DNA of 62,841 bases, filler included, from Globobulimina sp. (lineage: Eukaryota): assembly GCA_003354225.1 (NCBI GenBank). It is 22 parts of 22 records of this genome, joined end to end, with 100 filler letters (N's around TTAATTAATTAA, not from the genome) between each part and the next. Parts side by side here need not be neighbours in the genome. Positions count along the whole stretch, not along the records: positions 1 to 2,763 come from PIVH01004995.1; positions 2,864 to 5,626 come from PIVH01004996.1; positions 5,727 to 8,489 come from PIVH01004997.1; positions 8,590 to 11,351 come from PIVH01004998.1; positions 11,452 to 14,213 come from PIVH01004999.1; 17 more parts are not named here. The stretch is one strand, 5' to 3'. Each line of letters opens with the position of its first letter. Position 1 is the stretch's first letter. Position numbers and translations under genes: made by a program. Shown piece after piece: positions 1 through 12,231 of this stretch. The notes under the pieces are model-generated. The model did not search any database. It worked only from the letters and a program-made list of their open reading frames with translations, and was not told the origin of the DNA.

Positions 1-135
1 GTCCGAAACAAAACTTAATGGTTTTCTTGCGTTTTGATCATACAAAAACAAACAACATTATTTAAAAAAAAAACAAGTAAACATACCATTTGTTATCTCC
101 GTTTTCGTGGTTTCAATATTATATTTTTACTCCAA

Positions 136-400
136 TCATCTTTTAATATATTTTTCTTTCAAATCAATCCAAAACTTATCCTCGCCATTCAGAGTCAACA
201 CGCACCGTTTGTAGCGGAATAGTTGCCTCCGAAATGTTGTCATTTGGACTAAAAAAATCTTTGTCCCATATTTGAATCTGGAAACTTGGATATTGTGCCA
301 CTTTTTCTTTCGGCAAAGCAACCGCAAACTTCATGCGCCAATTAAACGAACCACAGCCACTTTGTGAAAGAAAGTGTAAATCCGTTTGTTGCAACGACTC
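136..400 (-). pseudogene. Ferlin-like C-terminal C2-domain fragment, frameshifted
   Basis: QQTDLHFLSQSGCGSFNWRMKF...FQIQIWDKDFFSPND matches the ferlin terminal C2 motif (TDvH...GxFNWR...iQiWDxD). There is an upstream in-frame stop and no ATG, and the apparent continuation LTLNGEDKFWIDLK is in another frame. Confidence 0.6.
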
Positions 401-516
401 TTCTTAATAATTCCTCTTCAGTCGTAAAATCGTAATATCAAATAGTAAAATTCGTAAACGATTATGAAGGTAGGAAATGAATGTTTTCACTAAGGTAGAA
501 AATAATAATAATAATA

Positions 517-1323
517 ATGATGAATCAGCTCCAACAACAACAAACAAATCTTATCAAAGAAAGAGAGACATTCTTACAAGACTTGGAACTAAAATATGCA
601 GCATACATTCATTCATTGTTGCAGCAGAAATTATTAATCGCAAAAAATATCAGAAGTAAATATGATGAAATGATGTACAAAATAAATAATTCAATCTATC
701 ACATGAACCACAATTGCAATAAACACACAAATAAATCAGTCACTGCAGATAAAACAATTAAAAATGAATCGATTGCTACAGAAACTAACATAACATTAAC
801 AAACATGCCATCTTTGGAGACAGTTACAACAGAAACACCAACAGATACATTTGCATTGAACACAATTTATGTGAACAATACATGGAAATGTTGGAAATGT
901 AAACATTGCAATTATGGCTCGAGCAGAAAATCTCAATTACAAAGACATATCACTGTCCATAGAGGTGAGAAAGCATTTAAATGCAATTACAATGACTGCC
1001 AAAAAGCATTCAAACGAAAATCACATTTACAACAACATACATCAACGGATCATGACAAGCAGCTAAAGTCAAAGCCATTTATATGTAATAATTGTGATAA
1101 ATCATTCAGACGAAGATCGGATTTGAATAACCACCAAAAAAGACACACAACAGAGAGGGCATTTAAATGTAGTAAATGTGAGAAATCATTTAAAACTAAA
1201 TCTGATTTGAATCAACATTCATTTGTACATTCAACTGAGAAACCGCATAAATGCAATGAATGTGACAGTGCATTTAAAAGAAAGAAATCTCTGACACGAC
1301 ATAAAAAAACGCATTACAGATGA
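517..1323 (+). CDS. C2H2 zinc-finger protein (five fingers, N-terminal coiled coil)
   Basis: Repeated CxxC...HxxxH units with HRGEKAF, HTTERAF and HSTEKPH linkers; single exon. Confidence 0.93.
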   Translation: MMNQLQQQQTNLIKERETFLQDLELKYAAYIHSLLQQKLLIAKNIRSKYDEMMYKINNSIYHMNHNCNKHTNKSVTADKTIKNESIATETNITLTNMPSLETVTTETPTDTFALNTIYVNNTWKCWKCKHCNYGSSRKSQLQRHITVHRGEKAFKCNYNDCQKAFKRKSHLQQHTSTDHDKQLKSKPFICNNCDKSFRRRSDLNNHQKRHTTERAFKCSKCEKSFKTKSDLNQHSFVHSTEKPHKCNECDSAFKRKKSLTRHKKTHYR

Positions 1324-1478
1324 GAGAACAAATATGTTCTTCAGACACAAAAACGTAAATTATCCTTGCACTAATACCATATACCCATTACCTAATAAAT
1401 TAGCTGTAGCGATACTGGCAACAGTCAACAGTCAATCTTCCAAACTCTAAGAAATTAGTTAAAAAACTCCTTTAGACA

Positions 1479-2744
1479 ATGGGTAAGTTGAAAGCCTTTG
1501 CTCTGCTCATACTGGCAGTGTCCCTCACCTATAATTGGTACACTCGTCAGACACGAAATGAAAAAGATACAAAAGAGATTGAGATTCGATACATTGATGA
1601 TTTTATCGATGATGATTTACGTTTTCGATTACAGTCAGTGTTTGAATCCATGCAATTTCATCAAGTTCAATCAAATTGGAGTGCTATTAATGATTTTGGG
1701 GAAGCAGAACCAGTAAATCCAACAACAAATGAATGTGACTCTCCGTACTTAATTTTAAATAAAAAAGAAAATCTTTGTCAACTGCCAGTTCGAATAGACG
1801 TAGCCGCGCATTATATTAAATATGGCGGATATTTCGGATTAAAAGAGAGTGCACAAAAATTAATTTCAAGAATGGTTTATTTTGTTGAATATAATTTTAA
1901 TCCAACACAATTGAAAGAATTTGCAGAAATATTCGAATCTCCGAAATTTATTGAAAACACAAAGAGTGTTTGTCGAGGATACACAAACAATGAAGAAAGA
2001 AATTTCTTTTTGAGACAATATCAGGCTAACTTTATCGTTGTATGTTTCTATACATTTAATTTTGAAATTTAATGTTTTCACACAAACAAATATTCAGCAA
2101 ATTCCTGGCATGAACATTCCGATGGTATTTCAAACTATTTTTATAATTTGAGCAATTTACTAATATCACAAATAAAATATACAGCATTTCGATGTTCCAT
2201 ATTTTAAGGGAGCTTCGCGCTTTCTTTATCCCAAATGGTTTCTAATTGTAATGGAACGATCGGGTTTGTTACTTATTTGCATAATGTGAATGGAACAAAT
2301 CCTAAACTACGTGGCGGTGAATTTGTGTATTGGAATAAAGGGATTTATAAGAAACCCGATTCGATTCCATGCACTCCCAATTCTGCAGTATTTGCGGATG
2401 GATCGCTTGTTGTCCATGAAACTACGGCTTTATATCCGGAAAATAAGCATTATCCGTTAATGTTTGGTAAGGATGAAACAGTGTACATTAAGTTTGATAA
2501 AACTGACAAAAAATGGAAATTATATGATGAAAAAAGCAATGAGAGAATATATGAAAAGGAGGAATTTAGTTGGAATGAAGTGCGAGTGAGTATACCTTGG
2601 AGAGCCTGGTGCTTTGAGAATGAAAATGAGGCAAAATCATATGATCCATATAGTGTTGAAAAAGGGTTTGAATTGGAAGATATTTTGTTGATTTTAAAAA
2701 AAGATTTAGCTAAACGATGGAATTGGATTTTGTTTTGGCTCTGA
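1479..2744 (+). CDS. Membrane-anchored or secreted 2OG-Fe(II) oxygenase-like protein, two introns, apparent frameshift near 2265
   Basis: N-terminal hydrophobic segment. GT-AG introns at about 2040-2098 and 2126-2184 give QIPGMNIPM-HFDVPYF (HxD). The downstream YLH...GGEFVYW...DGSLVVH is in a different frame. Confidence 0.55.
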
Positions 2745-2763
2745 TTGATGAATATATACATTA

Positions 2764-2863
2764 NNNNNNNNNNNNNNNNNNNNNNNNNNNNNNNNNNNNN
2801 NNNNNNNTTAATTAATTAANNNNNNNNNNNNNNNNNNNNNNNNNNNNNNNNNNNNNNNNNNNN
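2764..2863. other. Artificial contig spacer (44 N + TTAATTAATTAA + 44 N); first of 21 identical spacers recurring about every 2.86 kb
   Basis: The same linker, with stops in all six frames, occurs at every N gap. Contig lengths fall monotonically from 2763 to 2759 bp, as in a length-sorted concatenation. Confidence 0.99.
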
Positions 2864-3704
2864 GAATAATAAATTTCTTTTTTCAATACCTTCATTAATA
2901 TCCCTTAATAACTCAAAACCATTTAATTTTATATTAAAATATCTGCAAATTAACTGTCCAACGTCCTGAGTGTGTTTCGAACCAGATCTGGTTCCCCAGA
3001 AATCATAAAAATCTGCAACCAATTTTCCATCAAATTTATATATACAATTTTCTGGTTCAGTTATCGCCAAATATAACTGCCTAAATGCTGTCGCCAAATC
3101 AGTTTTGGCCAATTTGAAACCTGGGCCCCATATCAAATACATAATATAACAATATTTGCAAATATCTAATAAATAAATTAAATCTATATGTGCCTTATGA
3201 TCCGGTGTTAACATATTAAGCGATGGGTACTCTTATAATTCTATATTCATATATTTCTCCTGTGACCGGATCCACCACCTTCTCCCTCGTAAATAGCGGA
3301 ACGATGCCATTCGGCTCACCTAACCAACCCACTGCTTTTCCTTTGTTCATATTACGCGTTAAATCCCTTGCGATCTCCATTCTACTTTTTCGATCCATAG
3401 TCATTTCTGAGTATGTTTCTTGATTTAATTTCTTTCTCTCAGGATTCTCAATACCTATTTTCCATCCAAATTCTAAATTATTTCTCATTATAATACATCT
3501 GAATCGATATATTATCTCTTCATTGTCACATCTCTCTATAAAAGGAAGTATATATTGGTACCAAAACCATCTCTTTTCATATAAGTCTGATACTTTATAT
3601 TTTGAATTTCTATATGCAATTCTAAATTGCTCCATAATTATTTTTTCATTTGCTATATACAAATAAATGAAATCTATATTTATAATAATTATAACTACCT
3701 TCAC
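2864..3704 (-). pseudogene. Reverse transcriptase N-terminal half, frameshift near 3225, truncated by contig end
   Basis: Motif A-like DLATAFRQ and motif B-like WGTRSG; the reading frame changes between RIIR and YPSLN. Confidence 0.7.
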
Positions 3705-4225
3705 ACCACATATGTTTATACTGTTTCAAATATAATTTTCGCCATAATTCTTTAAAATACATTCCGTATTTTGCAACCAGCATAATTTTAAAACTATTTT
3801 GCTTCCAAACTAAATTCTCTTCCTTTTAAATAAATTCACTTTTAATAAAAAGTGTGACTAAACGAAGAGTAGCAAGGTAAACAAACACATTTTTTCTGTG
3901 CAACTCATTGTATTTAATAATAATCAATACAAACGGAGTTTAAGTTTACTGCAAATTTTAAAATTTATTCCAACTCAAAAATACCCCTTTTTCTCTTTTT
4001 ACACAGATAAACACAATTAATTATTATATTAAATTATTAATCTTATTATAAATCAATCAAAAACAAATAATAAATTTGCATAATTTATCACTATTACATT
4101 CAACCTGAACCAAATTTATTTCAATAATAATTATAATATATGCCAATATGTTAAATATTAACGTATTAATAATAAGATCAATATCTATTTCATTAAATAT
4201 TAAATATTCAAAAACCAAACCATTT

Positions 4226-5464
4226 CTATGGACCACGACCTGCAAATCGTTTTGATTGCGCATTAGGACACTCATATGCGGTATGCTCATTTGCTAAGCC
4301 ACATCTTTCGCAATAATGTGGATAACCGCATAATAAAAAATTGTGCCTAAAATTGCATCGCTGAGACCTTTCTTTCCAGAAATAACACGCCGGATCACCA
4401 TAATAACCCTTTTTAATAAAATAGTTTCCATTGTTTAATTCATACAAATCCTCGCCTCTTTTCTCTCTCTTTGGCCCTCTGTTTCGCTGCGGTGCCGACG
4501 TATTATTCTCACGGTCAAACCTCTGTTTTTTCGAAGGTGAAAAGTACGGACTGCGAGTATACGATGATTGATTTGGTGACGAGTCTCTTTTTTCATAATG
4601 ATTCCTATCATTCTTTTCTCTCAATCTCCTCTTTAATTTTTTATTATTTCTTATCAAATTCTTATTGTGTTTTTTAATATTCTTTGGGCAATTCCTCAAA
4701 AAATGTGGTCCCCGACAATTATAACACTTTAAACCTTGTTTATCTCCAACATTATCTCCAACATTATTTCCACCACTTTTCCCACTCTCTTTCATAATTA
4801 TATCATTCTCCTGCAAATCAACCCAATTATTAACTTTTCCAACATATAAAACCTTACATTCATCCGGCAAATTTTCAATCGCATACAACAACTTATCATC
4901 CGAATTACCGTATTGCTTCCATGAATGTGTGAATTCTGAGGACTTCCAACTTACCATACCATCATCCTCCATATCTCTCCATCTATTCACATAAAAAGCA
5001 ATTGATGTAACTTGCCAGAATTTGGTCGGAGTTATCATTGTATCATTAACCAATGGAAATATCTGCGTTTTTGCAAAGACTCTCATATCGTTTATATTCC
5101 TAATAATTAAAGAATATAATGGATTATATCTTACATCCTTCGCTGAATACGATAATAACGTATCAATCGACCTTAATGTGAGGGTGCTCCATAACGTATA
5201 AAATGATATTTTCGAACCAATGAATCTTTTCAATGCCAACTTTATATTTGCTCCCCAATTTAAGTGAATCTTCCAATTTTTGACCCACATAAACTTAATC
5301 AAATAAAAAACATCACCATAACCATAAATCAATAAATGTATAAATTCTTTTAATGCAATTTTTAATTCAGTTTGTTTTAATAAATTAATACCGTCATTTT
5401 TATTAATTCTATCATTCAACATTTCTCCTACAAACAACATAAAATACAAAAAAGAATAATCCAA
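4226..5464 (-). CDS. Retrotransposon Gag-like zinc-knuckle protein
   Basis: 412-aa ORF with a CCHC zinc knuckle and a Cys/His-rich C-terminus. Confidence 0.7.
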   Translation of the reverse strand: MDYSFLYFMLFVGEMLNDRINKNDGINLLKQTELKIALKEFIHLLIYGYGDVFYLIKFMWVKNWKIHLNWGANIKLALKRFIGSKISFYTLWSTLTLRSIDTLLSYSAKDVRYNPLYSLIIRNINDMRVFAKTQIFPLVNDTMITPTKFWQVTSIAFYVNRWRDMEDDGMVSWKSSEFTHSWKQYGNSDDKLLYAIENLPDECKVLYVGKVNNWVDLQENDIIMKESGKSGGNNVGDNVGDKQGLKCYNCRGPHFLRNCPKNIKKHNKNLIRNNKKLKRRLREKNDRNHYEKRDSSPNQSSYTRSPYFSPSKKQRFDRENNTSAPQRNRGPKREKRGEDLYELNNGNYFIKKGYYGDPACYFWKERSQRCNFRHNFLLCGYPHYCERCGLANEHTAYECPNAQSKRFAGRGP

Positions 5465-5971
5465 ATCATATAAAATACCATATACAAATCATAACCAATC
5501 AATTTTAAAATAATAAAAATAAAACTTAAACAGCACTTTTTTTAAACTTATGTGCATACAGATCCATATGTGGTGTAACTTATTTTGTGGCGTTTTAACA
5601 AAGTTTATTATGTGACACCTCTCATCNNNNNNNNNNNNNNNNNNNNNNNNNNNNNNNNNNNNNNNNNNNNTTAATTAATTAANNNNNNNNNNNNNNNNNN
5701 NNNNNNNNNNNNNNNNNNNNNNNNNNTTGATATTGTTTATCTAAAGATATCAAAATGAACTCTTTTAAATGCATCATGTTTGTTAGGATATTGATATATG
5801 GTATTAAATCGGATTTTTTTCTGGTTAATTTTATGTTTTGTTTAAGATAATGTTATATTGAATGTATATTATATATCGAAGGGTCCATTGTTACCACTTT
5901 GAGTTTGCAGAAGTTGAGTGAGTTGAGTCAGGAAAACTTTCTCATAATTAAAAAGTTAGTATAAATGAGAG

Positions 5972-8489
5972 TTATCCGGACACTGTTACAGAAACAGATT
6001 GGTTAACACCGTTTGAAAATTCGAGTTTATAATCACCAGAGAAAACTTTTGCATTTCCATTAACATCATATAACAATAAATCACTATTCCTATTAAACAT
6101 ATATTTATATGTGGTCGATGCACCTTTTTCTAAATAAAATTTCTCAAACTCAACCAAATGTTTTATCATTTTAGACGCCGGTTCAGATGACGGTATATTT
6201 GACGGTGGGGACACAAATACAAATAATGTCTCATATCCTTCTCTATTGCCAGTATTTGTAATTTCAATGCAATATTCTGGAGCAGCGCAAGAAGTATCCA
6301 TCTTAAATGTAAACGAAGTAAATGAAAGACCATAACCAAATTCATACAATGCTGGCGTTCCTGTCCAATACTTGTATGTTTTGCCTTTGCCTGCAGTCAA
6401 ATCCATCTCTAAATAATTTGATTCCAAAGTATAGTTACTCCAATACATGGTTACAGCCATCTTTCCTCCTGGGTTATGACCACCAAATATAACATCTGTA
6501 ATGGCTTCGGCTCCTCTGAAGCCCGGATACCACGCATATAATATTGACGGACATTCTTCTTTTAATGCATCAATCGCCAATACACCGCCACCCACTAACA
6601 CTAAAACAGTGGGCTTGCCAATAGCGCATATCTGTCGTGCTAAGCTTTGCTGATTCCCAGGCAATGAGATGCTGCTCCTGTCATGGCTTTCACTCTCGAC
6701 ACTACGGTCAATGCCCATCATCAACACTACGTAATCTGCAGCTTGTGCCGTCGTTATAGCCGCAGCAAAACCAGATGTTGAGGTACATGCTATGCCGTTA
6801 CAGCCTGCAGAATATGTCAAGTCATTTGCTGACACATAATTCGACATAGTTTGCAATATTCCAGGTACACAATTAAAAGTGCTGTCATAGCACACTTGTC
6901 CGGTGTACGCATCTGAGAGCACAGAAAACAACAACAAAAATAAGAGTAAACAGTGAAAAAATAATAAAATAATCTTTGACAAAACTTTCCAACAACAAAT
7001 CAGCGGATGCATTATAATGGGGACCAATTACTCCGACCTTGGCTCCGGATGGAAATGGTAATATATCTCCAGCATTTTTCAATAATGTTTGCGTGGATCT
7101 AGCAGCGAATAAATTTAATTCTCTGTGTTCTTTACTGTTTACCACAGATCCGGGCACTTTAAAATATGGCTGCGAATCATAATTACCATCAAATAAACCT
7201 AACTCAAAACGTAAACGTAAGGTATGGAACAGCGCCTCGTCAATAAATGATTCAGGCAATTTGCTGCTATTTACAATATTTACAGCGTATTTCTGAAAGG
7301 GAGAGGATGTGCCCCAATCGCTGGACATTCCTCCCATTCCAGTGCCTAAATATGAATCCATATCACAGCTCGCATTCAATGCCGCAACAACTGCATCTTC
7401 CAAACTCGATGTATAATGATGTTGAGCATAAATATCATTAATAGCGCCACTATCACTTGTAACATATCTATTTATACAGAAATTTTGTTAAAGTTATTTG
7501 GTCAAAAACGTTTTTGCATTGCAACATACCCTTGAAATCCCCATTTTTGTCTCAATGTTGTATTTAATAAAAACGAATTGGCGCAGGTTGGAACACCATT
7601 CACCGCATTATAACTACACATGACTCCTTTAGCTCCACCTTCTACCACTGATTTTTGCCAAGCTGGTAAGTATGTGTCGGAAAACATATAGGGAGAGATT
7701 ATAGCGTTGAAATTATGTCTTGTGGTCCCCTTATAGTCTTCGAGCGAATATCTAAATAGAAATAGAAATATTGAATGCAAATTATGCAATCAAACATAGG
7801 CTTAACGCGTCAAAGTGTTTCAATGTGACGATTGCTTGGTAATATCTTTCATCGTAATATGGTGATTTTTTGCTGCCATTTTGTAAACCTAACGTATAAT
7901 ATTTACCATAAACACCATTCCAATAAGGGTCTTCACTCGGAATCTCATACATTCTGCCCCTTTAATTGTATATGTATATGGTTGGCTTTATTATATTGCA
8001 TAGTCTTAGTACATACCAACGAGGATCGCGGCCAATATTAATTGTAGGTGACCAACAATCTAATCCTAATTATATTATATTCATACAAATGCTAAAATAG
8101 ATGCATGTTATCATAAACAGACCTAAATGGGGTAGATTGGAATTATGATATTCACCCAAGCCTTGAAGCCAAAGTGATCGTAATTCCAAACCGATAGCGA
8201 CAGACATATTGGCTATTAATGTTTTATTGAATGATGCGCCCAATGCACATGGTTCAGGGAAAACTGTTATCAATTTTGTGTATATCTGTTGTAAAAACGG
8301 TTAATTATTCATTTGGGTAACAGACCGGTAGCACATGCACTGCCGCATCGTGATTGGGCACTATGAATACAATTAGCTCCCTTTATTTTTTATAATGACT
8401 CTCCAAAGTCCTCTTTGAATTTGGCTATTAATTTTTGTGGCCAATCGCCTATTGAAGTCAATTTACCCATGAAGAATCGAAGCAATGGA
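5972..8489 (-). CDS. Glycoside hydrolase family 3 beta-xylosidase-like, multi-exon, 5' partial
   Basis: TVFPEP..LGASFN, WSPTINIGRDPRWGR, KHF, GVMCSYNAVNGVPTCA, GY(V)TSD, ESESHDR, YAWYPG and LYEFGYGLS motifs joined by several short GT-AG introns. Confidence 0.93.
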
Positions 8490-8589
8490 NNNNNNNNNNN
8501 NNNNNNNNNNNNNNNNNNNNNNNNNNNNNNNNNTTAATTAATTAANNNNNNNNNNNNNNNNNNNNNNNNNNNNNNNNNNNNNNNNNNNN

Positions 8590-9071
8590 CAGCAAAACCA
8601 CCACAAATCAATGTAAATGTAGGCAGTGTACCACCAAAAATCAATAGTAAATATAAACCAGCATCAAGACCAAGAAGAAGGATTATAACACCCACAATAA
8701 TATCAGGCGACAATGCAAGAGAATTAATGATACAAAGGTTAAATCAACAATATATGAAAGAAGCATTCCAGTCAACAAATGAAAATGATTCATCATTATC
8801 CAAACCATCTGAAATCATGATATGTTCAATATGCGGTCATCTTGATTTTTTTTCAAAAACATTAGCAACAAAAAATACAAATAAAATATCGTGTACAAAT
8901 TGTTCAACGGGAGCAATGCTGTGTGTTATCACTCTAAAAGAAGCAACGAATATTAATCATCATAAAATAAGCCCTCCATTAAACTTTGAATATAAAGAAC
9001 CACCATCAAAGCAACAAAAACGGACAAACAAATTTACAGCGGAATCAAAGCAACCATTCATTTTTAATTAA
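8590..9071 (+). CDS. Hypothetical protein, 3' part, with CxxC...CxxC zinc-ribbon-like motif
   Basis: Open frame running to the TAA at 9071; contains CSIC and CTNC. Confidence 0.4.
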
Positions 9072-9533
9072 CCAAAATGAATTTACAATTAATTCAAATG
9101 TACTGTTCAATCAGAACTCATAAGCAATAAAATGTCAACGATTTATAATTAAGCCAAATTATAATCCATATATGACAGTGCAAACTCAAAGTCAGTAAAC
9201 AGCTGATTTTTTTTTTCATACGTTATTATAGTATATTATTATTTTTACTTTCCGAATTTACTTCGTCTTTTTTGTATGTTTGATTTTGCTATTACCAATG
9301 TATTATTTTATTTTATTTTATTATTGCAATTGCAGCAACGTACAAAAAAGGCAACATTAAGATTCATGTAAAAACATCGCATACAACTGTGTTTTTCGAA
9401 AATTAACAGACGAGCTGTGAACGTTTTTGGTTTGGAAATTGGAATGAAAAGCGTACGATTACATAGTTCCGTTTTCAGGAAACGTTTTCGAAAAACATAC
9501 ACTTGCAACTCTATTACACAGATTTCCTAAATA

Positions 9534-11351
9534 ATGAGTGCTCGTCGAACGTATAACACAGGAACTGCATCTGGTAAACAGCAACAACAACCATATGCTT
9601 ATAATTCTGGCAGTGGATTTGGTGGATCCGCCCAAATAAGTATGAATAAAGAAAATGAATCACAAAATATAATGCATGATCGTCGTGTAATTCGTGGTAG
9701 TACATATTCACTGAGAAAATCGATTGAAAATCGTTTAAATGCTTTAAATTATCAAAGTAATAATAAATCAAAACGAAGCGCAAACAAAACAAGAATCAAG
9801 AATCGGAAAAATGTGTATACAAAAAATACAAAAAAATCTGCGGAGAAAACAGCAAGGCCAATATCAGGGCGATTACACGCTGAAATTCAAACAGATCCAT
9901 ATTTGGAAGAAATATATGTCACTAAAAACGAGAAAGAATTTGGAACGCAAACCGATCCATTATTGGACCGACCATCTACACCTTTATTCATACCCAAATT
10001 AAGTGGAAAATCAATTGCCACACAAATTGAAGAGGGTGATTTATTCGATTTTGATCATGAAATTGAACCAATTTTAGAAGTATTAATCGGTAAAACAATC
10101 GAAAATGCATTAATGGAAGTTTTGGAAGAAGAAGAATTAAAATCATTTCAAAAATATAAATCCCACTTTCAACAAAAAAGAAATATTGAATTAGCAAAAT
10201 GTCAAAGATTGGAAGAAGAAGAACGAAGAAAAGAAAGTGAAAAAGAAAGAAGAATAAAACAAGCTGAAATACACAAACGTAAAGAAATGAAATTAAAGCA
10301 AAGAATCGATGCTCAGAAAATTGCGACGGAATTTTTAGAAAATATGGAAAACGCTGTTTTTGCCGAATTAGATAAAAGAGGACATTTTTTTGACCCGGTT
10401 GTTAAAGAAATTGAGACCGTATTTATGCCAAAATTGCTTTGTGATGTTGAATATAAAATAAATAATGCTAAAATGTCCAATGTGATCTTAGATGATATTA
10501 TCACAAATTTTGTAGAAAATACGATAAATAATTCAATGCAAATCATTAAGGAAAGGGATGAGAAACAAAAAGAATTTGAAAAACAGGCAAAATTTCAAAA
10601 TGAAATAAATAAACAATTTATTGAAAAAAGAAAACAATTTACAGAATCAATAAAATCACAACAAAATGATTTTGATTTTAAAGAAGAAATTATTCAATTT
10701 TTGCAATTGGATATTCCGCTTTCTCCAAATGATATAAACGATGAACAGGAACAAGAATTGCCACCAGAAATACAACAAAACATTGAATATATTGATAATT
10801 TAATTCAACAATTTGAAAATGAAGAGCAACCATTATGGAAACAGATAACTTGTATACTCGATAAAATTGGTGGAGAAACATCATATAAAATTGAACGAAT
10901 TGATAAGTATTTGGAAGTTAAATTAATATGTTTTGTAATATTTATCACAAATATATATATATGTGCTCTTTGTAGGAATTTAGCATTAAATCGCATAAAA
11001 AGCAATTATTGGATACATTTAATGAATACAAAGAAGATGAAGAAAATTTAAAGAAAGCAATTGTTGATTGCTTAGAATTAAATACATTCGATGACGAATT
11101 ACATAATAAATTGTTTGAATCATTGATCAGTGAACAACAAAAAGATCAAATGGATGCAATCAATGAATTGGTAAAAAATCAAAAAGATATTAAACTATTT
11201 ATTGTAACATTTATAAAAGTTAAAATATTTTTTTATAAAAGTTATATTTCGATTAATATGTTGTTGTATTATTGATATAGCGGAAAGAAGCGGAAAGAAT
11301 CGAGTTTCAAAAGGCAGAAAAAGCAAACGAGGCAGAAGAAAATGATGAAGA
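9534..11351 (+). CDS. RSPH3: Flagellar radial spoke protein 3 with long acidic C-terminal extension, 3' partial
   Basis: NIMHDRRVIRGSTY, EIQTDPYLEE and TQTDPLLDRPSTPLFIP...ATQIEEGDLFDFDHEIEPILEVLIGKTIE..LMEVLEEEEL are diagnostic RSP3 blocks. Introns near 10917-10976 and 11219-11280. Confidence 0.92.
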
Positions 11352-11451
11352 NNNNNNNNNNNNNNNNNNNNNNNNNNNNNNNNNNNNNNNNNNNNTTAAT
11401 TAATTAANNNNNNNNNNNNNNNNNNNNNNNNNNNNNNNNNNNNNNNNNNNN

Positions 11452-11923
11452 TGGACAATATATATTCATAAAGGCACAGGTATTCGCGCCATTATTAAGG
11501 CCACAACTTGTGATGGATAGACTGGTTGCTTCAATTGCGTTGACGGTTAAATTTGAACAACCGCTTCTACAGTCAATCAGACAGGTTTTGCTTGGAGCAC
11601 AGTTTATGACCGAATCGCAACACCCATAGCTATCGCCGCTACAAGAATATGACGATAATAAATTACGTCTTCGCGCCGGTGGACCGTAACAATCCACATT
11701 GCAATTTAAACAAGATAAACAATTTATTGTTGAACCAATACAGTCCTCTCCATTTAAATCACCACAGGCAAAGTTGCATGAAACACCGTTTATCCAGGTG
11801 CAATTTAGCGTTTGTGAACCTAAATAAATGTAAAGAATCAGTGCATGGGACTTGTGTGCTAAATATAGTGGTACTTGTATGATAAAGCGCCAATGATATA
11901 AATGTAAGGAACGAAAGCATCAT
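11452..11923 (-). CDS. Secreted cysteine-rich protein, one intron, 3' partial
   Basis: ATG at 11923, signal peptide MMLSFLTFISLAL, GT-AG intron at about 11820-11874, then Cys-rich repeats such as INCAPSKTCLIDC. Confidence 0.7.
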
Positions 11924-12231
11924 ACTGACTGAAAGTAAAACTGTTTTTTGATAAACACAATTAACATTCTAAAGATGGGCAATGAACAAAGTAAATTAAT
12001 TGGCATGCTTGTTGCTGCTAAGCAATTTTCAAGTCGTTCTTTCATTCTTGGTGAATTTTATTGGAATGACATTGCTACTTTTTTTAAAAACTCGAAAATG
12101 AGTCAGAAAAACATGTCATAATTAGAAGAAAAAAATCATTATCACACACACAGTGCCATCAAAACATTAACAAAAATAGCTTTACTTATATTACAAATAT
12201 ATTATACTACAACAAAAAAAACAAATTTATA

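Larger units (their letters stand above)
2864..5464 (-). mobile_element. DIRS/Ngaro-like (tyrosine-recombinase class) retrotransposon, partial and degenerate
   Basis: gag-like ORF 4226-5464 has a CCHC knuckle (CYNCRGPHFLRNC) and a C-terminal CYFW..C..C.YPHYC..C...H....C motif. RT fragments at 2864-3704 carry RII..YPSLN, KTDLATAFRQL and FWGTRSG. No introns. Confidence 0.75.
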
